DNA of 43,676 nucleotides, from the NCBI GenBank assembly GCA_043811105.1, contig JBDRNK010000087.1, positions 1 to 43,676 on the forward strand, in the 5' to 3' direction. The notes below the pieces were generated by a model. It was not told the DNA's origin and did no database searches. It worked only from the letters and a program-made list of their open reading frames with translations. Origin of the DNA: Candidatus Uhrbacteria bacterium. GTDB taxonomy: Bacteria; Patescibacteriota; Patescibacteriia; UBA9934; CAZDDW01. This document shows positions 36,701-42,630 of the stretch, one piece after another. Made by a program: the position numbers and the translations under genes. Each line of letters opens with the position of its first letter. The stretch's first letter is position 1.

Positions 36701-36939
36701 AGTATTGGCTCTTCGAACAGATTCCGCGGGTCTGGGTAACGGTCGTTCTGATCGCTGTCTGGTCAATTCTGGCCACGGCCACGCTAGCTGCCTGGCCCTT
36801 ACCCACCAGTTATGATGTCTGGGTCGGGCGTGGTCTTGGCTGTATACTCCTGACCTCCATTCCGGCCTTGTTGACCGAGCCGATTATTTTCGCACTCTGG
36901 TGGCCAGGCAAGCCCTTCGAGCTTCGGCCACGAAGCTGA
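36697..36939 (+). CDS. small membrane protein
   Basis: ATGA overlap with the upstream stop. aggaggag SD. 80 aa. The C-terminal KPFELRPRS is encoded by the shared repeat. Confidence 0.55.
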   Translation: MKYWLFEQIPRVWVTVVLIAVWSILATATLAAWPLPTSYDVWVGRGLGCILLTSIPALLTEPIIFALWWPGKPFELRPRS

Positions 36940-37119
36940 ACCTTCCCCACTCGCCCGGAACCATTCACGGTTCCGGGCCCTACCCTGAACCAGACGTCTC
37001 TAGCGAGTCGTCGGTTCAGGGCCCTACCAGAGATGAATATTTCTTACCCAACTTGTTGGGGTCAAGACGGGAACAAGTTCCCTGAGAAATATTATTTCTG
37101 GTGGGGGACGAAGTTTTTT
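36911..37119 (+). repeat. island junction J5: He, Hf, Hc, element I (copy 2)
   Basis: He gcttcg-gcca-cgaagc 36921-36936. Hf 36954-36977. Hc 36983-37021. Element I 37024-37105. 36983-37119 is identical to 37903-38039. Confidence 0.8.
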
Positions 37120-37185
37120 ACAACACGGCTTTACAGAGCCAAGGTCCGTCGAACGGGCCGAGCAATAAAGAAAGATAGGAAAGAC

Positions 37186-37491
37186 ATGCCATATTTGCAA
37201 TTGGTACATACCACGGGTAGCGACTTCATCATGGGATGGCACGGTTTTGGTGACACATCAATGCCTGACGGTGTGAATTTGCACTGTCTGTGCGATACGG
37301 GCACCACAATCGTATTTCCAAGTCTGGTCAGTGTGGCCGGTCTTGCCCTGACCGTGAGCAACATCAAAGCTTTGCTCAAGGCTTGGTTGAACGAGCAGGA
37401 AAGCCTGCCGGTTCATGTCTGCCCGAAGTGTGGTATCGATGGTAGTTCTGACAAGGATAAGGTCTTGGCTTGGTTACAAGCCCTTCGGTAA
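37186..37491 (+). CDS. hypothetical protein
   Basis: 101 aa from ATG 37186. Contains CPKC. The upstream part of the track ORF is element I sequence. Confidence 0.45.
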   Translation: MPYLQLVHTTGSDFIMGWHGFGDTSMPDGVNLHCLCDTGTTIVFPSLVSVAGLALTVSNIKALLKAWLNEQESLPVHVCPKCGIDGSSDKDKVLAWLQALR

Positions 37492-37593
37492 TTTAACAGT
37501 CCACCAGGGAAGATGGGCTTTCGCCCAATCCTGGCGTCCTTAGTCGGACGTAGAAGATGGACCCTGTCCACTAGGGCAGGAATTCGGAAAGAT

Positions 37594-37893
37594 ATGAAGA
37601 GATTTCTGAAGACGGTATCGTCCTACACGTTCACGGCCGCAGTCTACACGGTTCTGGCAGTACTGGTCCTGGCTATCGTGATTCCGATCGTGACCTTTGT
37701 TGGTGGACATGTCTGCCTGGTCGTTTGCGCCCTGGTCTGGGAGTTTTTTCCAGCCTGGGATCTGGGAGTGATCGGTGTGATCGGCGCTGCCACCTTCATC
37801 TTCGATGCAGTATTTCTACCATTCCTGATTCCGATCTTTCTGATCGTAGCAACCTGGCTGCTCACCCCGAGCAAGAAGCGGCAATGTTGCTAA
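37594..37893 (+). CDS. small polytopic membrane protein
   Basis: 99 aa from ATG 37594 (alternative start 37513). Hydrophobic throughout and ends in CC. Confidence 0.5.
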   Translation: MKRFLKTVSSYTFTAAVYTVLAVLVLAIVIPIVTFVGGHVCLVVCALVWEFFPAWDLGVIGVIGAATFIFDAVFLPFLIPIFLIVATWLLTPSKKRQCC

Positions 37894-37902
37894 ACTCTTT
37901 CG

Positions 37903-38039
37903 CCCTGAACCAGACGTCTCTAGCGAGTCGTCGGTTCAGGGCCCTACCAGAGATGAATATTTCTTACCCAACTTGTTGGGGTCAAGACGGGAACAAGTTC
38001 CCTGAGAAATATTATTTCTGGTGGGGGACGAAGTTTTTT
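37903..38039 (+). repeat. island junction J6: Hc plus element I (copy 3)
   Basis: 137-bp perfect copy of 36983-37119. Confidence 0.85.
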
Positions 38040-38064
38040 CAAACAACAAATGAAGGAGAGAACG

Positions 38065-38469
38065 ATGTTGAATACAGAAAGAACCTTGCGCGATTTCGTC
38101 TTTCTGGTGTACCAGTTGGCAGTGAACGATAACGATCAGTTGCCGCCAACACCGTGGACCGACATCAAGATCACGCCGGCCAAGTACGCTGTTCTGCTGC
38201 GTCAGGGCTGGCAACGGGCTCAGAAGGGTCGAATGCAGATGTGTCTGCGCTTTGATCTTCCGGATGGGTCTGTGGCCTATCTCGGTAACGGTGACCCTCA
38301 GGGTCATAACAACGATATCTGGCACGGTCGGATCGAGGGTCCGATCGCCGAAAGCCTCGGCTGCCGCTGGATCGAGTTTGGTGTCATGGCCGATGCCGAA
38401 GTCGACACCAAGGGTCTGTTGGCTGCAACCAAACGTAGCCGGCCCTTCGAGCTTCGGCCACGAAGCTGA
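38065..38469 (+). CDS. hypothetical protein
   Basis: gaaggag SD 6 nt before ATG 38065. 134 aa. The C-terminal RPFELRPRS is encoded by the shared repeat. Confidence 0.55.
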   Translation: MLNTERTLRDFVFLVYQLAVNDNDQLPPTPWTDIKITPAKYAVLLRQGWQRAQKGRMQMCLRFDLPDGSVAYLGNGDPQGHNNDIWHGRIEGPIAESLGCRWIEFGVMADAEVDTKGLLAATKRSRPFELRPRS

Positions 38470-38615
38470 ACCTTCCCCACTCGCCCGGAACCATTCACGG
38501 TTCCGGGCCCTACCAGAGTTGTTCAATAATTTTTCTAACGGATCTCTGATCCGGTTCTGAATTCGAACGCCATCAGAGATGGCTAAGAAGAACTTCTGAA
38601 CATATCTGGTAGGGG
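38441..38615 (+). repeat. island junction J7: He, Hf, empty Hc site, element II variant
   Basis: 38442-38514 is identical to 36912-36984. gggccctacc|agag has no Hc. Element 38510-38615 is bracketed by ctaccagag / atctggtagggg. Confidence 0.8.
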
Positions 38616-38640
38616 ACAATTACAAACAGAGGAGGTACAA

Positions 38641-38883
38641 ATGTACCGCGTGATCATTGCGATTTTTTGGGCCATGGTGGCCTTTGGAATGTTCTGGGGT
38701 TTTGTTTTCGGCCACCTGCACGTGGTCGGATTCATCGAGTGTCTGATTCGTCAGGACTTCAGTTCGGATCCAGGTTACTTGATGAGCATCGTGGCGATCT
38801 TGACCGTACTGCTCGACATCTTTGCATTCCTCGCTTTCATACTTGGAATGCACTGCCGCATCTTTCTGTGGTGCCGCAGTTGA
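38641..38883 (+). CDS. small membrane protein
   Basis: gaggagg SD. 80 aa with two hydrophobic helices. Confidence 0.55.
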   Translation: MYRVIIAIFWAMVAFGMFWGFVFGHLHVVGFIECLIRQDFSSDPGYLMSIVAILTVLLDIFAFLAFILGMHCRIFLWCRS

Positions 38884-38890
38884 AATATTT

Positions 38891-39071
38891 CACTCGCCCG
38901 GAACCATTCACGGTTCCGGGCCCCACCCTGAACCAGACGTCTCTAACGAGTCGTCGGTTCAGGGCCCCACCTGAGATGTTAAGAGATTTTTCTAACGGGG
39001 TTTATCCCCGGTTTGTAAGTCAGACGCCAGATAAACTGGCTAAGAAAAACAGCTTAACACATCAGGTTGGG
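38891..39071 (+). repeat. island junction J8: Hf, Hc, element II (copy 2)
   Basis: Hf 38897-38920, Hc 38926-38964, element II 38965-39071 (closely similar to 35783-35890 over its first ~50 nt). Confidence 0.8.
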
Positions 39072-39115
39072 TCAATCAAAAAACCGCTTTGTCAGCAGTT
39101 TTGTTCTTAAAAGGA

Positions 39116-39613
39116 TTATCGCAGTTCCAATTGAATATGTTGAGCTATCTGTTGTAATTGCGATTCAAGACGTTCGTACTTGGATTGAAGAGCCACAAGT
39201 TCAGTTTCAAGTTTGTTGTGTAGATTGATAAAGCCATCGATTTGAGTGACTATTTCAGATTTTGCACCAGAAATTATTTGTTCAACATCGGCTTTGACTA
39301 CTGCGTTATCTTTGACAAATTCAACTGTTTCTTGCACCCCAGCCATATCCTCTCTGAGAGAACTAACGTCTGTTTTTACTCCAGACATATCTTCTTTGAG
39401 AGAACCAACGTCTGTTTTAAGAGAACCAACATCTGTTTTTACCCCAGCCATATCCTCTTTAAGGGAGCTGACATCTGTTTTAAGAGAACCAACATCTGTT
39501 CGAACTGAACCAACCGCCACTTCCAATCCTTTGATTGCTTCCCGGTTTGAGGTGGTGGTATCTAGAATTTTTTCAAGTAGTGATTGTTGATCCATACAAA
39601 AGTAATTTAACAT
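39116..39613 (-). CDS. coiled-coil protein with an internal 21-nt tandem repeat expansion (paralog of 35937-36287)
   Basis: 165 aa. Heptad-like repeats DVGSLKT/DVSSLKE/DMAGVKT. Same N- and C-termini as the paralog. Confidence 0.65.
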   Translation of the reverse strand: MLNYFCMDQQSLLEKILDTTTSNREAIKGLEVAVGSVRTDVGSLKTDVSSLKEDMAGVKTDVGSLKTDVGSLKEDMSGVKTDVSSLREDMAGVQETVEFVKDNAVVKADVEQIISGAKSEIVTQIDGFINLHNKLETELVALQSKYERLESQLQQIAQHIQLELR

Positions 39614-39636
39614 ATTGTCGAGTAGATGACAATGTT

Positions 39637-39818
39637 CTACCAGAGATTAGTATTTCTTACCCAATTTACCTGGCCGCCGAAGCTTTAGCGAAGGCGGGTT
39701 GGGGTTGTGATGGGAACGACAAACTTTAGTTTGTCAAATGACAGACTAACGTCTGTCAGTCCCTACAAGACGGGAATAAATTCCCTGAGAAGTATTAAGA
39801 AATATAATTTCTGGTGGG
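39637..39818 (+). repeat. island element I, copy 4, interrupted by host REP-like repeats
   Basis: Same ends as copy 1. About 100 nt are inserted (39668-39767), containing cctggccgccgaagctttagcgaaggcgggttgggg and tgacagactaacgtctgtcagtccctac. Confidence 0.75.
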
Positions 39819-39854
39819 AGAAAAGGTTTTACAATCAATACGAAAGGGAACAAA

Positions 39855-40115
39855 ATGACTGAGAAACAGCAAGAGCAAATGCTGACTGAGCTGAACTGGC
39901 TCAAGCGCTGGTTGATTCGTCAGCCTCGCTGGTTGCAGGTGAGCTTCTTGTTCATCTCAGCCGCGCTGTTCGGTGTCGACATGATCGCGCTCGACCCGCT
40001 GCCCTTCATCGACGAAGCCATTCTGGCCTGGTCCACCTGGACCGGGTTCAAGGTGGCGGTCAACGACGGTCCGCGGTATCGGCGCTTGGATGCACCCGAG
40101 TCCAAATCTACCTAA
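39855..40115 (+). CDS. small membrane protein, DUF1232/YkvA-like (tentative)
   Basis: 86 aa. Closely similar to the 36443-36700 product (MTEKQQE.MLTELNWLKRWL.RQPRWLQ...). Confidence 0.6.
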   Translation: MTEKQQEQMLTELNWLKRWLIRQPRWLQVSFLFISAALFGVDMIALDPLPFIDEAILAWSTWTGFKVAVNDGPRYRRLDAPESKST

Positions 40116-40141
40116 ACCTCTCAAACATCTGAGGAGAAAAA

Positions 40142-40441
40142 ATGCAGACGGTTCTGGTAATATTGATGTTGATGGCTATGATTCTGGGCGGAGTGGCTAC
40201 TGCCCTTCGTATCTGGACTAAGAGCCAATGGACTGGTCGTCTGGCACTAGCCAGCCTGGTCAGTTTGATTCTGGGAACGGCCTGGGCCATTGGTTCTGGC
40301 CACTGGGTAATGGTGATCATGGAGCCGGTGATGTGGTTCCTGACCCTGGCCAGTGTCTGGCTGTTCAGCTACAGCCTTTGGCATCTGAACAATCCGGTCA
40401 AGCTGGCCTATGCGCGGTTGCGGTTGCGACTGCACAACTGA
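40142..40441 (+). CDS. small polytopic membrane protein
   Basis: gaggag SD. 99 aa with three hydrophobic helices. Confidence 0.55.
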   Translation: MQTVLVILMLMAMILGGVATALRIWTKSQWTGRLALASLVSLILGTAWAIGSGHWVMVIMEPVMWFLTLASVWLFSYSLWHLNNPVKLAYARLRLRLHN

Positions 40442-40449
40442 ATATCTTG

Positions 40450-40608
40450 CCCCGGAACCTATCGTGGTTCCGGGGCCCTACCCTGAACCAGACGTCTCTA
40501 ACGAGCCGTCGGTTCCGGGCCCCACTTAAGCACAGCAGTTTGATGAATATCGAAACTCTCTCTCAATATTCATTAAACCAGCAATGCTGTGCTTAGGTGG
40601 GGTTTTTT
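40450..40608 (+). repeat. island junction J10 / right end: Hf variant, hybrid Hc, terminal hairpin plus T-run
   Basis: ccccggaacc-tatcgt-ggttccgggg 40450-40475. Hc with an Hf-type 3' arm at 40481-40519. cccacttaagcacagca...tgctgtgcttaggtgggg followed by TTTTTT (40603-40608). Confidence 0.7.
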
Positions 40609-40643
40609 GTTTTATCTGACTTTATGTTAAACTGGTTTCAGTT

Positions 40644-42560
40644 ATGTGTGGAATCGTTGGCTATATAGGTAAAAAACAGGCCCTGCCGATCTTAATTGAT
40701 GGGTTAAAGCGTTTGGAATACCGTGGTTATGATTCGGCTGGGGTGGCGTTGTTGGGTGAGGGGGGTTGTCAGATTATTAAGAGTCCGGGGAAGATAGTAG
40801 GATTAGAAGAGAAAGTCTCAAGTTTCAAGTCTCAAGTCTCAAGTGCTGGAATCGCTCATACTCGCTGGGCGACTCATGGGCCTCCGACTGAGGCCAATGC
40901 TCATCCGCATACTGATTGCTCTGGCAAAATTGCCTTAGTTCATAACGGAATTGTTGAGAACTATCAGGAATTGAAACAAGAATTACAGGAGAAGGGACAT
41001 CAGTTTCGTTCAGAAACGGATACTGAAGTGTTGGTGCATTTGATTGAAGATTGTTTAAATAATGTAGCGGAAGGCTTTAGCCTTCCATGTCAGCAAAATG
41101 GAACCCTCCCACCTTCGCCAAGGCTTCGGCGGGCAGGAAAGGGTTCCTCTACATTAGAAATGGCAACCAGAAAGGCATTAGAACAAGTGCGCGGCACTTA
41201 CGGTATTGCTGTAGTTTCATCTGATCATCCAGATCAAATCGTGATTGCTCGCATGGGCAGCCCGATTGTTATTGGTGTGGGCACTGATGATTTTTTTGTT
41301 GCTTCAGATGCTTCAGCTTTGTTAAGTCATACCCGCAATGTAATTTATCTTGACGATGGCGAGATGTGTGTTTTACGACCGGACGGTTATTCGATTAAGA
41401 CTTTGGGTAATCGATCAGTGGCTAAAGAACCAGAAGTTATTGAGTGGTCAGCTGAAGATGTTAAAAAAGGTGGACATCCGCATTTCATGAAAAAGGAAAT
41501 GATGGAACAGCCAAAAGTTTTGGTTGATTCTATTCGCGGTCGTTTAAAACCAAAAGATGGAAAAGCCGTGCTTGGTGGTTTAAGCGATGTTGCCGATCGT
41601 CTGCGTCAAATTGATCGACTAATTATTGTTGCCTGCGGTAGTGCCTACTATTCCGGCCTGGTCGGCGAGTATATGTTGGAAGAATATGCTGGTATTCCAG
41701 TGGAAGTAGATCTGGCTTCAGAGTTTCGTTATCGCAAACCGATTATTACAGATCGCACAGCCGTGCTTGCAGTTAGTCAATCCGGAGAAACCGCAGACAC
41801 ACTAGCAGCGATCCGTGAGGCAAAAGAAAAAGGTGCTTTAACCTTGGGAATCGTTAATACGGTTGGATCGACCATAGCTCGGGAAACCGATGCCGGTATT
41901 TACAATCATGCCGGCCCGGAAATTGGAGTGGCTTCAACTAAGGCTTTTTTATCGCAAGCAACAGTCTTTGCTTTATTAACCATGTTTCTTGGTCGACAGC
42001 GATCAATGTCAATGGTCATGGGTAAGCGTATAGCTGATGAGATTCAGATGCTTCCAGACAAGTTGCAATCAATCATTAACCAGTTTGATCAGATCTCGCT
42101 TCTGGCTCAGAAATACAAAGACATGCAAAATTGTTTGTACTTGGGACGAAAATACTGTAGTCCAATTGCTTACGAAGGAGCTTTGAAACTTAAAGAGATT
42201 TCTTATATTCACGCTGAAGGTTATGCAGCTGGAGAAATGAAACACGGTCCGATCGCTTTGATTGATTCAAACTTTGTTTCCGTTGTGCTATGTCCAAAAG
42301 ACTCGGTTTATGAAAAAACTATATCTAACATCGAAGAACTTAAGGCTCGTGGTGGTTCGATCATCGCCGTGACAACTGAAGGCAACGATTCGATTAAACA
42401 AGTCGCAGATGATATAATCTATATACCAAAAACTTTAGAAATGTTAACTCCAATTTTGGCTGTGGTTCCGTTGCAAATTTTTGCTTACGCAATTGCTACA
42501 GCTCGTGGTTATGATCCGGACATGCCCAGGAATCTGGCTAAAGCCGTGACCGTGGAGTAG
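40644..42560 (+). CDS. glmS: glutamine--fructose-6-phosphate aminotransferase
   Basis: MCGIVGYIG N-terminal nucleophile. GIAHTRWATHG. Two SIS domains. C-terminal ...AKAVTVE. Confidence 0.95.
   Translation: MCGIVGYIGKKQALPILIDGLKRLEYRGYDSAGVALLGEGGCQIIKSPGKIVGLEEKVSSFKSQVSSAGIAHTRWATHGPPTEANAHPHTDCSGKIALVHNGIVENYQELKQELQEKGHQFRSETDTEVLVHLIEDCLNNVAEGFSLPCQQNGTLPPSPRLRRAGKGSSTLEMATRKALEQVRGTYGIAVVSSDHPDQIVIARMGSPIVIGVGTDDFFVASDASALLSHTRNVIYLDDGEMCVLRPDGYSIKTLGNRSVAKEPEVIEWSAEDVKKGGHPHFMKKEMMEQPKVLVDSIRGRLKPKDGKAVLGGLSDVADRLRQIDRLIIVACGSAYYSGLVGEYMLEEYAGIPVEVDLASEFRYRKPIITDRTAVLAVSQSGETADTLAAIREAKEKGALTLGIVNTVGSTIARETDAGIYNHAGPEIGVASTKAFLSQATVFALLTMFLGRQRSMSMVMGKRIADEIQMLPDKLQSIINQFDQISLLAQKYKDMQNCLYLGRKYCSPIAYEGALKLKEISYIHAEGYAAGEMKHGPIALIDSNFVSVVLCPKDSVYEKTISNIEELKARGGSIIAVTTEGNDSIKQVADDIIYIPKTLEMLTPILAVVPLQIFAYAIATARGYDPDMPRNLAKAVTVE
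41064..41153 (+). repeat. 90-nt nested REP-like insertion (R3 inside R2), in frame within glmS
   Basis: gtagcggaaggctttagccttccat gtcagc aaaatggaaccct[cccaccttcgccaaggcttcggcgggcagg]aaagggttcc tctaca. Encodes VAEGFSLPCQQNGTLPPSPRLRRAGKGSST. Confidence 0.75.
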
Positions 42561-42630
42561 AGAGTAGAAGGTAGAAGGTAGAAAGGAATAAATTTAACTC
42601 CTTTCTACTCTCTACTTTCTACCTTCTACT
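42555..42630 (+). repeat. REP-like long hairpin R4 filling the glmS to HD-gene spacer
   Basis: gagtagagagtagaaggtagaaggtagaaagga...tcctttctactctctactttctaccttctac. Its first TAG is the glmS stop, and the ATG of the next gene follows at 42631. Confidence 0.8.

Larger units (their letters stand above)
31880..40608 (+). mobile_element. GC-rich genomic island of unknown type (no integrase seen)
   Basis: Abrupt composition change at both ends. It has a private hairpin repeat system and about 16 small ORFs. It starts 2 nt after the tRNA-like 3' end and ends at a hairpin plus T-run 35 nt before glmS. Confidence 0.6.

Noticed and set aside
33359-40519. Hc hairpins as canonical integron attC sites. 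The inner AAC...GTT triplets in CCTGAAC/GTTCAGG resemble the R''/R' boxes.
   Set aside because: - Hc is only 39 nt long, with a 4-bp second stem.
- The R-box consensus RYYYAAC/GTTRRRY is only partly met.
- AAC/GTT is lost in the 33359 copy (GTACC/GGTAC).
- No intI or attI is visible.

I keep this only as a hypothesis to test with an attC covariance model.
35605-40596. ORFs that read through the island repeats and share the peptide LNQTSL(T/A)SRRFRA(P/L)PEM (35605-35910, 37725-38132, 38667-39110, 40228-40596, 37033 onward).
   Set aside because: The shared peptide is simply the translation of hairpin Hc. The sequence is palindromic and shows pair-preserving changes. It lacks start or SD context, and it occurs downstream of well-supported stop codons.
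33311-40608. CRISPR array interpretation of the recurring island repeats.
   Set aside because: The repeats are 0.9-2.4 kb apart and separated by ORFs with SD sequences, not by 25-50-nt spacers. Several different repeat types alternate, and no cas genes are present.
31880-40608. The island as a chimeric assembly or contaminant from a high-GC organism.
   Set aside because: Host-specific repeat families are inserted inside island elements (34440-34557 and 39668-39767), and AT-rich host-like genes are interleaved. This argues for physical residence in this genome. Read-level confirmation is still needed.
40441-40643. A glmS ribozyme/riboswitch upstream of glmS.
   Set aside because: The 200 nt upstream are the island's terminal Hf/Hc/hairpin elements. 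Only about 35 AT-rich nt separate the terminal T-run from the ATG, and I see no glmS-ribozyme core sequence.
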